From the NCBI GenBank assembly GCA_020057405.1, contig JAGVFW010000004.1, forward strand, positions 1-64,000: 64,000 nt of DNA, given 5' to 3'. Made by a program: the position numbers and the translations under genes. The first letter of the stretch is position 1. Each line of letters starts with the position of its first letter. This DNA comes from an archaeon (GTDB taxonomy: Archaea; Micrarchaeota; Micrarchaeia; Norongarragalinales; UBA97). Under the pieces are notes generated by a model. That model was not told the origin of the DNA. It did not search any database and was given only the letters and a program-made list of their open reading frames with translations. Of this stretch, positions 55,668 through 64,000 are shown piece by piece.

Positions 55668-56096
55668 TTACCTCTTTGGCTTCTCCTTCTTGCCCTTGCG
55701 CAGCTGCTCGAGTGAGACGCCGTTGACGGCGACTACCCTGTAGCGGACGCCGGGAATTGAACCCATTTGGCCGCGCTGCGAGCCGCCCAGTCCCTCGATG
55801 GTCACTTCGTCGTGCTCGTCGATTTTCGTGATTGCCTTGTCGCGGGGAACGTGCGCAGTGACTTTCTTTGAATTCTTGAGAAGCTGGACGACGACACCCT
55901 TGATGATGCCCGAGTGGGGTTGCTTTTGCTCAATGCCGACTTTCTTGATGACAATGCCGCTAGCTCGGGACGCGCCTTCAAGAGGGTCGTACTTCGCCTT
56001 CAGGCCGAGAGCCTTGCGTTTCCACCACTTCTTGAGCCAGCGTTTCTTCTTGCGCGATTGCGAAAGAATCCTTGCAGCGAACTCGCCTTTTGCCAT
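55668..56096 (-). CDS. rps12: 30S ribosomal protein S12
   Basis: KQPHSGIIK, GSIPGVRYRV, GKKEKP. Confidence 0.97.
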   Translation of the reverse strand: MAKGEFAARILSQSRKKKRWLKKWWKRKALGLKAKYDPLEGASRASGIVIKKVGIEQKQPHSGIIKGVVVQLLKNSKKVTAHVPRDKAITKIDEHDEVTIEGLGGSQRGQMGSIPGVRYRVVAVNGVSLEQLRKGKKEKPKR

Positions 56097-56109
56097 CTTT
56101 TTTCACCAT

Positions 56110-56532
56110 TCAACTAATCTTAACGTCGTCAAGGCCGAAGCGCCTCTTCGCGAGCAAGCGCGCTTTTTTTATGCGCTCGCCCCCGCGGCCTATTGCCAGG
56201 CCCTTGTCCTTGACTTCAACTGAAACGAAAGCAATTTTCTTTCCCGACTGGTTTTCCTCGCGCACTTCAAGCACTTTTGCGGGCTTAAAGACATTTGAGA
56301 GAAACTCCTTGATGCCATCGGCGGCTTCAACGATTTCAACGTTGCGGCCGAAGGCGCTCTTGAGTCGGATGATGTTGCTTCCGTTCTTGCCAATCGCTTT
56401 TCCCAATTCGCCTTTTGTGACGACGAAAATCACCGAATCGTCGGTCAAAACGACATCAGTCGCTGAAGCGCCCGTGCGCGATGCGAGGATGCCAATCGAC
56501 TCCAACTCGGCGTTGGTCAAAAGCGCTGGCAT
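56110..56532 (-). CDS. nusA: Archaeal NusA (KH domains)
   Basis: GKAIGKNGSNI and GLAIGRGGERI; conserved gene position. Confidence 0.93.
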   Translation of the reverse strand: MPALLTNAELESIGILASRTGASATDVVLTDDSVIFVVTKGELGKAIGKNGSNIIRLKSAFGRNVEIVEAADGIKEFLSNVFKPAKVLEVREENQSGKKIAFVSVEVKDKGLAIGRGGERIKKARLLAKRRFGLDDVKIS

Positions 56533-56533
56533 T

Positions 56534-56842
56534 TCACACCCCCGCTCCGTCCGCGGCGTCAAGGATGTTCGAATCGCCAGCCTCGACAACGCTTAGCGCG
56601 CCAATTGTAAACGGCTTTCCGCACACCGTGCCCAATTCAAGGCCGGTGCCCGGGTAAAGGATGATGCGCACGCCGGAAATAGAGGCGTAGCGAAGGAGGT
56701 CCGCCTTTGCTTCGGGCGGGCAGTTAGTGGAGATGACTAGGACTTTTGCCGTGCCAAGCATGGCGCGCTTTAGGGCCTTGTGGCTGCCGAATTCTACTTT
56801 GCCAGTGTCAACTGCCGTTCTAATGGCGCGTTCAATGTCCAT
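56534..56842 (-). CDS. rpl30e: 50S ribosomal protein L30e
   Basis: AVDTGKV.FG and ELGTVCGKPF. Confidence 0.95.
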   Translation of the reverse strand: MDIERAIRTAVDTGKVEFGSHKALKRAMLGTAKVLVISTNCPPEAKADLLRYASISGVRIILYPGTGLELGTVCGKPFTIGALSVVEAGDSNILDAADGAGV

Positions 56843-56967
56843 GATAAATACCAAAATGGTTCTCTCTTTCGCGCAACCGCGCGAAAGCAACTCCCCACAC
56901 AATGAGGAATACTATTGTAAAACAATTAATGGGAAAAGTCGTTTATATGGCTTTTCCCGCTAGGGAC

Positions 56968-59900
56968 TTACTCGAGTTCCATCTCGAGCTTGACTGTGCC
57001 GGTTCCGCACGGGATGGTCTGGCCGATGATGATGTTTTCGGCGATGCCGCGAAGCAGGTCTTCCTCGCCGTAAACGCAGGCGCGAAGCAAGTGCTTTGCG
57101 GTCTCCTCGAAAGCGGCGCGGGCGAGCACTGATGCTTTTTCGCCTGCGAGACCGTGGCGGCCTACGCTTTTCACATTGCCGCGGTGCGTCATGGCATCCG
57201 CGATGAGCATGATGTGCTTGAGGCTGACGCGCAGGCCCTGCGCCTCGAGAACCTTGGTAATCTCGTTTACGATGGAGTTTCGTCCGGCTTCGACGCCGAG
57301 GACGCGGTAGGTCTCCATGATGTCGTTTGTCGTCGTCCTTGCAGCGTCGACTTCGGGCACTTTTAGCATTGCCTCGATGTTGCTGCCTTCGGTCGCAATC
57401 GTGTACTCGCCGCCCTTCTCGATGATGATGGCGCGGCTGATGCCGGGAACGCCGCGGAGAATAATCTCGCGGAGCTTGGTCGTGACTTTGCGCGTGTTTC
57501 GGATGTTGTCGGCCTTGGGCTTAATCGTGACACCCGAAGTAGTCTTCTCATAAGGCGCAATTTCCTTTACCTTGTCGATAATCTCCGACTCCTTTACGCC
57601 CTTGTCTTTTAGAAGCTTCTCGTCCCAAACCACGCGCATGCTCTTTCGGTCGAAGTTCTCGCGGATTTCGGCGACCTGCTCTAGGGTAAGCTGCTCGAGT
57701 TGAGCGGCGACCTTCTTGACTTTCTCGAAGTCTTTTGCGTACTCCTTCTTGAGGTAGACTTCCATGACCGGGCTCTTCGGCTTCTTCGTGGCGTCGACGA
57801 TTTCGACGAGGCGGGTGAAGCCCAGTTGCGCAAGGCTGGCGACACCGGCGTAGTGGAACGTTCGCAAGGTCATTTGAGTGCCGGGCTCGCCGATGGACTG
57901 GGCTGCAACGACACCGACGGGCTCGCCGTAGGCGACTGGCTCGCCGGTCGGGTAAATCGCGTCGTCACCGTACTTGAGCTGGATGAGCTTGCCCTCGCTG
58001 TCGGTGACGCTCATGTCCTCCTGGACGATCAAGTCTTGGAGCGCGTTGACGAGCCTGCGTTGCATGTAACCCGTCTTTGCGGGATTGACGCCCTTGTCGA
58101 CGACACTGTCACGGCCGCCTGCAGCGTGGAAGAAGTACTCTTGTGGCGTTAGTCCGCCAACGTAGCTGTTGTGAACAAAGCCACGCGCGCCGTCCGAGAG
58201 GTCGCCCTTGATGTAGTGCGGTAGGATGCGAGACTTGTAGCCGTTCCTTACGCGCTTGCCGCGAACTGCCTGCTGGCCGACGATGCCGGCCATTTGGACG
58301 ACATTGATGGGCTTGCCGCGTGCGCCCGACTCTGCCATGAGGAGTGCTGAATTGTAGACGAGGTCGGCGTGCTCGTAGGTGATGTTGGTGCGCTTGATGT
58401 TCTTCTTCATCGTCCCCCAAGCGTCGCCACGGACTGCCTCGAGAATGTTCATGACCTGCTCTTCCAGAGTCTCGCGCAAGGTCTTGCCGGGCTGGCGCGG
58501 GAGCTTGCCCGTGCGGTACTTGTGGATGAGTTTTCGCACTTCGGAACGCGCGGTCTTGTAAAGCGTGTCGATTTCCTCGCGCGCCTTATCCGTAATCTCG
58601 TAGTCGTCGAGGGAAAGCGAGAGGCCGAAGTCGGTGGTGATGCGGACTGAAATCTTCGTGATTGCATCAAGGTAGATGCGGGCGGCGTCGCTGCCGGCCT
58701 GCTTGAAGATGGCCTTGACGACACGGTCGCCCGCGCGGCCGTCGACGAATCCGCGGATTAGCTTGCCGTTCTTGATTTGGACAATTGAGTCGTGCTCGTC
58801 GCACTTGCCGCCAACGCAGGTCTTGCACTTGCTTGAGTAGGCGAGGTTCTTGGTCTCGAAGTTAAGTGAAGTGGGTAGTAGCAGGCTGAACATGTCGCGG
58901 CCGGCAATCTTTTCGCCGGGAAGCTCTGCGCCGTCAAAGCCGGCGTTGGCGAGAAGGTTGAATGCATGGTGCTTGTCGAACTTGATGTCTTTTTGAGTAA
59001 GCAAGTAGATGCCTGAAACGTGGTCGAGCTCGGGGACAATCATGGGCTCGCCGTTTCGGGGCGAGAGAATCTGGTCCTGCACGCGCATGAGCGTGACTGC
59101 TTCCGCCTGCGCCTCTTCGGTCTGGGGCACGTGGATGTTCATTTCGTCTCCATCGTAGTCGGCGTTGTATGGCCGGCAATCGGCTGCGTTGAAGCGAAGG
59201 GTCTTGCCAGGAAGCACGCGCACGCTGTGTGCCATCATGCTGACGCGGTGGAGCGAGGGTTGCCGGTTGAAGATGACGTTGTCGCCATCCATGAGCTGAC
59301 GCTCGACGATGTAGCCTGCGACGACTTCGGTAAGCACTTCGTCGACGTTAAGCGGCGTAATCTTCTTGCGCTTGCCGTCGGGGCGGATGATGTAGTTGAT
59401 TTTATCAGAGTGTTCCTTGATGAGCGCCTTTAGCGCCTCGAGGTTCCACTCGGTGACGGGAACAGGGACAGTAAGTTCCTTGGCCATGAGTTCGGGCACG
59501 CCAAGCTCGTTGATGCCAAGCTCAGGGTCGGGCGAGATGACCGTGCGTGCTGAGAAATTCACGCGCTTGCCGCTAAGGTTGTAGCGGAAGCGGCCTTCCT
59601 TGCCCTTGAGGCGCTGGAACAGCGTCTTTAGCTGCCTGCCGGAGCGGTGGCGCGCGGGGGGAATGCCTGCGGTCTCGTTGTCAAAGAAAGTGGCGACGTG
59701 GTACTGCAGGAGTTCCCACAAGTCCTCGATGATGAGTTGCGGTGCGCCTGCGTCGATGTTCTCGCCCAAGCGCTGGTTGATGCGGAGGATGTCGACAAGC
59801 TTGTGGGTGAGGTCGTCCTCGCTGCGCTCGCCGGTCTCAAGAGTGATTGAAGGGCGAACGGTGACTGGAGGGACGATGAGAACGGTTAGAACCATCCACT

Positions 59901-60411
59901 CTGGGCGGATTTTAACGCCAAAAGCGGCGAGGTCCTCGTCAGGAATGCGCTCGAGGCGCTCGCGGATTTCGTTCGGCAGTAGCCTGCGCTCGTCCTCGTA
60001 GTAAGTGGTGGGCTTGATGAACTTGATGATGCCCTGCTTCTCGCCGCAGTATGGGCATTCGCCCACGCGCTTGACTTTCTCAAGCGTGCCGTGGCCCTCG
60101 GAGAGGGCGCGCGAGCACTTGCGGCAAGTGGCTTTCAGGAGTTGGTAGCCGGTCTTGGCAAAACCGACGTGCGCGACTGGCCGAACTAGCTCGATGTGGC
60201 CGAAGTGGCCGCTGCAGCTCTTCATGCGGCCGCCGCAGGTCTTGCACTTGAGGCCCGGGTCGATGACGCCAAGGCGCTGGTCGGCGAGACCGCCCTCAAT
60301 GGGATAGCCGTCCTCGTCGTAAGTGTCGGGCACGGTAATCTTTACCGCGCTCATCTTGCGAACCTGCTCTGGCGAGAATAGTGAGAACTCAATGCTGCCG
60401 ATTACTTTCAT
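56968..60411 (-). CDS. rpo1: DNA-directed RNA polymerase largest subunit, fused A'+A'' (Rpo1)
   Basis: One 1147-aa ORF containing A' motifs (GHFGH, GKRVN, NADYDGD, TGYMQRR) and A'' motifs (AQSIGEPGTQMT, RAAFEE). Confidence 0.95.
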   Translation of the reverse strand: MKVIGSIEFSLFSPEQVRKMSAVKITVPDTYDEDGYPIEGGLADQRLGVIDPGLKCKTCGGRMKSCSGHFGHIELVRPVAHVGFAKTGYQLLKATCRKCSRALSEGHGTLEKVKRVGECPYCGEKQGIIKFIKPTTYYEDERRLLPNEIRERLERIPDEDLAAFGVKIRPEWMVLTVLIVPPVTVRPSITLETGERSEDDLTHKLVDILRINQRLGENIDAGAPQLIIEDLWELLQYHVATFFDNETAGIPPARHRSGRQLKTLFQRLKGKEGRFRYNLSGKRVNFSARTVISPDPELGINELGVPELMAKELTVPVPVTEWNLEALKALIKEHSDKINYIIRPDGKRKKITPLNVDEVLTEVVAGYIVERQLMDGDNVIFNRQPSLHRVSMMAHSVRVLPGKTLRFNAADCRPYNADYDGDEMNIHVPQTEEAQAEAVTLMRVQDQILSPRNGEPMIVPELDHVSGIYLLTQKDIKFDKHHAFNLLANAGFDGAELPGEKIAGRDMFSLLLPTSLNFETKNLAYSSKCKTCVGGKCDEHDSIVQIKNGKLIRGFVDGRAGDRVVKAIFKQAGSDAARIYLDAITKISVRITTDFGLSLSLDDYEITDKAREEIDTLYKTARSEVRKLIHKYRTGKLPRQPGKTLRETLEEQVMNILEAVRGDAWGTMKKNIKRTNITYEHADLVYNSALLMAESGARGKPINVVQMAGIVGQQAVRGKRVRNGYKSRILPHYIKGDLSDGARGFVHNSYVGGLTPQEYFFHAAGGRDSVVDKGVNPAKTGYMQRRLVNALQDLIVQEDMSVTDSEGKLIQLKYGDDAIYPTGEPVAYGEPVGVVAAQSIGEPGTQMTLRTFHYAGVASLAQLGFTRLVEIVDATKKPKSPVMEVYLKKEYAKDFEKVKKVAAQLEQLTLEQVAEIRENFDRKSMRVVWDEKLLKDKGVKESEIIDKVKEIAPYEKTTSGVTIKPKADNIRNTRKVTTKLREIILRGVPGISRAIIIEKGGEYTIATEGSNIEAMLKVPEVDAARTTTNDIMETYRVLGVEAGRNSIVNEITKVLEAQGLRVSLKHIMLIADAMTHRGNVKSVGRHGLAGEKASVLARAAFEETAKHLLRACVYGEEDLLRGIAENIIIGQTIPCGTGTVKLEMELE

Positions 60412-60416
60412 GTTTC

Positions 60417-62225
60417 TCAGCTCCTCTCCCTAAGCTTCATCTTGGGGTTGATGCCAATGCTCTTCATCTCGTCGATGAGCAGCTTGAACGCGTAGCTCAT
60501 TTCAACTTCCTCGACGTCACTGCTCTCGCAAAGCGGGCAGTACTTGCGTTTCTTCACCTTGTCGAACACGCCGGTTGCGCCGCAAACGTTGCAGATTAGC
60601 TCGGTTGTCTTGTCTGAAGAGTCAATCATGCGCTCGCGAAGCAGTTGTGAAGCGCCAAAGCCGATGAAGCAGTCGCGCTCCATTTCTCCAAGACGCAAGC
60701 CACCCTCACGCGCGCGGCCTTCAGTCGGCTGGTGCGTAAGCATCTGGACCGGACCACGGCTGCGGGCGTGCATCTTGAGGCTGACTAGGTGGTGGAGGCG
60801 CTGGTAGTAATTGACGCCAATGAAAACTTTTGCGGCCATCTTGCGGCCGGTCGAGCCGTCGTAGAGGACTTCCTGGCCAGTCGGGAGGAAGCCTTTTGCG
60901 AGAAGTGCAGCCTCGAGCTCGCGCTGCTTGACGCCGGTGAATGCGGTGCCGTCCTTGGCCTCGCCGTCGTAGCAGGCGGCCTTGCCCGCAAGCATTTCAA
61001 GCAAGTGTCCAGCAGTCATGCGGCCGGGGATAGCGTGGGGGTTGAGGATGAGGTCGGGCACGACGCCGTCTTGGGTGAATGGCATGTCCTCCTGGCGCTG
61101 GACGAGGGCGATGACGCCCTTTTGGCCAAAGCGGGAGGCGAACTTGTCGCCGATTTCAGGAACGCAAGTGTTGCGCACACGCACCTTGATGAGGCGGTTG
61201 CCGCTGACGGTGTTGCTTGAAATGACTGCGTCGACGACTCCGCTTTCGTTGCTGCGCACAGTGACTGAGCTCTCGCGGCGCTTTTCGGTCTCAACGTCGA
61301 GTGCGCTGATTTCTTTTAGGAAGCGTGGCGGTGAGGTCTTGCCGACGAGGACTGAATCGCCTCCGACTGGAGTCTCGGGATTGATGATGCCGTCCTCGTC
61401 AAGGAGACCGTAGGACTCCTCGCCCATGTAGCCCTGGACGTATTCCTGCGGGACTTCAATGCGGTCGCGCTGGCCACCGGGGTAGCGGCGTTCTTCAGTA
61501 GTGTAAGTGCGGAGAAACGCGCTGCGTCCCATCGAGCGCTCGATTGCGCTTTGGTTGACGACCACAGCGTCGTTCATGTTGAAGCCCTTGTAGGAGAGGA
61601 TTGCGACGATGTAGTTCTGGCCGCTGGGGCGCCTGCCGTGCTGAAGCGCAGTGTAGGCGCGGGTCTGGACTAGGGGCTTTTGGGGATAGAAGAGAATGTG
61701 GCTGCGCGTGTCAGTGCGAAGCGCGTAAGAGCTGGTGTAGAGGCCGAGGCTTTGCTTGGTGTGCTGGGCCGCCATGAGCACGCGGGGGGCCATGTTGTGC
61801 TCGGGAAACGGGACTTGGGCGCTTGCGTATCCGAGCATGCCAAGCGGGTCGACCTCAATGTGCGTGGTGCGCTCGACAATGTTCTTTTCTTCCTGGGCGA
61901 CGTAAGCGTTTTCCTCTTCCTCAGCGTCGAGGTACTCGATTGCACCGGACTTGACTAAGTCATTCCAGTGAAGCTCGCCCTTGACGACCTTCTCGCGCAT
62001 TTCGGGGGTGACGACTGGCTTGCCGCTCTTGACGACAACTAGTGGCCGAACGGGCCTGCCCTCGTCGCTGTTGACGAAGAGCTCGTTTGACTTCTTGTAG
62101 TAGGAGACGCTCACATGGTGGTGGAGCTCGCCGTCGCGGCGCTTCTCGCGCAGCTCCTTTACGAGCTTCTCGCCGTTCTCGCTAAAGCCGACGAACCTGC
62201 CATTAAGGTAAACGGTTGTCTTCAT
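60417..62225 (-). CDS. rpoB1: RNA polymerase subunit B' (Rpo2C)
   Basis: GDKFASRFGQKG, GGLRLGEMERD, C-terminal zinc motif. Confidence 0.97.
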   Translation of the reverse strand: MKTTVYLNGRFVGFSENGEKLVKELREKRRDGELHHHVSVSYYKKSNELFVNSDEGRPVRPLVVVKSGKPVVTPEMREKVVKGELHWNDLVKSGAIEYLDAEEEENAYVAQEEKNIVERTTHIEVDPLGMLGYASAQVPFPEHNMAPRVLMAAQHTKQSLGLYTSSYALRTDTRSHILFYPQKPLVQTRAYTALQHGRRPSGQNYIVAILSYKGFNMNDAVVVNQSAIERSMGRSAFLRTYTTEERRYPGGQRDRIEVPQEYVQGYMGEESYGLLDEDGIINPETPVGGDSVLVGKTSPPRFLKEISALDVETEKRRESSVTVRSNESGVVDAVISSNTVSGNRLIKVRVRNTCVPEIGDKFASRFGQKGVIALVQRQEDMPFTQDGVVPDLILNPHAIPGRMTAGHLLEMLAGKAACYDGEAKDGTAFTGVKQRELEAALLAKGFLPTGQEVLYDGSTGRKMAAKVFIGVNYYQRLHHLVSLKMHARSRGPVQMLTHQPTEGRAREGGLRLGEMERDCFIGFGASQLLRERMIDSSDKTTELICNVCGATGVFDKVKKRKYCPLCESSDVEEVEMSYAFKLLIDEMKSIGINPKMKLRERS

Positions 62226-62227
62226 TT

Positions 62228-63694
62228 TTACTCAGTCCTCATGGTTACGCCCATCTTTCTGAGCGAATTCTCGATTGGGTCTTCGGGGACGCCGATAGTA
62301 ACTTCGCAGTAAATCGAGAGTGCCTTTACGAGACCGCAGTTGGGGCCTTCGGGCGTCTCGTTCGGGTCAAGCCTGCCGAAGTGAGTGCCGTTAAGGTCAC
62401 GGGCCTTGTAGTGCGGGTGCTTCTTCGCCAAAGGCGAAGTCACGCGGCGGATGAAGCTCATTGTAGAAATGTGGTTGTAGCGGTCTAGCGGCTGGCTGAT
62501 GCCGGAGTGCCCGCCGACCCAGTTGCCGGTTGCCATTGAGTACTTGATGCGCTCGGTTAAAGCATCAGGCCTAACGACGGTGAACATGCTCATCTTGCGG
62601 CCACGGACGTTAGCGCGCTCCATCTGGTATGCGACGTCTTTTACTAGGAACTGGAACGCGTAGCGGAAGAGCTCCTCCATGAGGGCTCCTGAAATCTTGA
62701 GGCGCTTGTTGGCGTAGTGGTCCTTGTCGTCGGGGCTGCGCTTCTTGTAGGCGACCAAGATTGCGCGCTCGGCCATCCTTGCAATGAAATAGCCCTTTGC
62801 GATGCGAGCGCCCTCGTCAATGCCGATGTGCGGCAGGAGGTAGCGGTCAAGGAGGAGTTCGGCGCGGCGCACTTGGTACTCCGTGGGCTGGCCGGGTGCG
62901 GCGCGCTTGCCGATGACCTCTAGTGCCTCGCGCTTGGTCTTGACTTCGTCAAGCTCGAGGTTGAGGTTGATGTCGTTAAGCACCAGGGGATTGTCTGAGA
63001 AGGCTTCCGAGATTTTCTCCTGCGAGAGGCCGAGCGCCTTCATCGTGAGAGTTAGTTCAAGCGGCTTTGAGTAACTCGGCATAGTCACTCCGAGCTTGCC
63101 CTCTAAAGAGCGGTCTACGGTGCAGCGGCCGCGGAATCCCAAACGCGTGCTGAAGATTTTTGCCTGCACAAGCTTGCCGTCCTTCTCGCGCGAGACAAGA
63201 ATGCGGTTGGGCGCCAAATCTTCAAGAGTCATGAGCGACTTTTCAGTGCCGTTGACGACGAAATAGCCGCCAGGGTCAAGCGGGTCCTCGCCGAGGGCAA
63301 TGAGTTCCTCTTCGCTCTTGCCGGTCAGGTAGCAAAGCTTGCTTTTGACCATCACGGGAAGCTCGCCGACGAAGACTTCCTCGGTGCGCTTCTCGCTTCC
63401 GTGGATAACGGGGGTGATTTCAAGAAATAGCGGGGCAGTGTATGACAAGTCGCGCACGCGCGCCTCTGAAGGATAGCAAATGCGAGAGCTGCCGTCAACT
63501 TCAATGACGCGGGGCTTCTCAACCCGAATCTTGCCGAGCTTGAGGACGAGACCCTCGATTTGAGGTTCGATGTACTCTTGGGCGTCAACGACTTTTTGGA
63601 GGCCCTCTTCGACGAACTTGTCGTAGCTATCGAGGTATTGCTTTACCAGGGAATTGCCGCGCAGATAATCTGCAGTTAGCTCTTCGTAAACCAT
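62228..63694 (-). CDS. rpoB2: RNA polymerase subunit B'' (Rpo2N)
   Basis: DPGGYFVVNG, DKDHYANKRL, ETPEGPNCGLVK. Confidence 0.97.
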   Translation of the reverse strand: MVYEELTADYLRGNSLVKQYLDSYDKFVEEGLQKVVDAQEYIEPQIEGLVLKLGKIRVEKPRVIEVDGSSRICYPSEARVRDLSYTAPLFLEITPVIHGSEKRTEEVFVGELPVMVKSKLCYLTGKSEEELIALGEDPLDPGGYFVVNGTEKSLMTLEDLAPNRILVSREKDGKLVQAKIFSTRLGFRGRCTVDRSLEGKLGVTMPSYSKPLELTLTMKALGLSQEKISEAFSDNPLVLNDINLNLELDEVKTKREALEVIGKRAAPGQPTEYQVRRAELLLDRYLLPHIGIDEGARIAKGYFIARMAERAILVAYKKRSPDDKDHYANKRLKISGALMEELFRYAFQFLVKDVAYQMERANVRGRKMSMFTVVRPDALTERIKYSMATGNWVGGHSGISQPLDRYNHISTMSFIRRVTSPLAKKHPHYKARDLNGTHFGRLDPNETPEGPNCGLVKALSIYCEVTIGVPEDPIENSLRKMGVTMRTE

Positions 63695-63722
63695 GTTAAC
63701 CCAACCCTTTCCGAGAAGGAAA

Positions 63723-63965
63723 TTAATCCTCGGATTCTACGACGAGCCGATAATATGGCTCAATTTTTTCAGTCACTGGACTAAGACGCTCGATGCGCAC
63801 GACGTCACCGGCACGCGCGTTAAGTGTGTTCAATCCAGGGTCTGACGAACTGATAATTGGAAGGCTCTCGACCGGCTTCTTAAGACTGTCCAGTAGTTTT
63901 CGCACTTCTTCTTCGCTCGCAATAATGTGTTTAGGCACTAGAATGTGGTTAGGGGCTTCTTCCAT
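63723..63965 (-). CDS. rpoH: RNA polymerase subunit H (Rpo5)
   Basis: HILVPKH, LP.I..SDP, GDVVRIER.S, YYRLVV. Confidence 0.95.
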   Translation of the reverse strand: MEEAPNHILVPKHIIASEEEVRKLLDSLKKPVESLPIISSSDPGLNTLNARAGDVVRIERLSPVTEKIEPYYRLVVESED

Positions 63966-64000
63966 AGAAATATACCACGCAGAATACGCTTTGAGGACAG

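Overview
This is a gene-dense archaeal chromosome segment, most likely DPANN (Micrarchaeota-like; inferred from gene content and order, not from a search). The right end (48.3-64 kb) carries the conserved rpoH-rpoB''-rpoB'-rpoA-L30e-nusA-S12-S7-EF2...EF1a-S10 locus. Its largest RNA polymerase subunit is a single fused A'+A'' protein with an NADYDGD active-site variant. A lytic-transglycosylase-like gene, an agmatinase and a receiver-like orphan sit between EF-2 and EF-1alpha. The left part holds PINA ATPase, an AT-richer block of three exported orphan proteins (two are paralogs), hicBA, argG-argF-argH, NMD3, four glycosyltransferases, fused GuaA, ADP-forming acetyl-CoA synthetase, CorA, Mre11, and a Brix-Pcc1-prefoldin-DHH remnant. 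The most striking region is a ~14 kb metal (probably copper) locus at 31-45.5 kb. One arm is a CopA/CopZ/cupredoxin efflux set. A BlaI/CopY repressor and a sensor-less M56/M48 protease have visible palindromic operators. A divergent operon encodes uncharacterised Cys/His/Met-rich envelope proteins, two ending in the identical tail NLPNMVGGC, interleaved with microproteins missing from the ORF track. One intron-containing tRNA-Ser(TGA) is present. No CRISPR array, integrase or transposase was seen. All calls come from motif reading only; no database searches were run.
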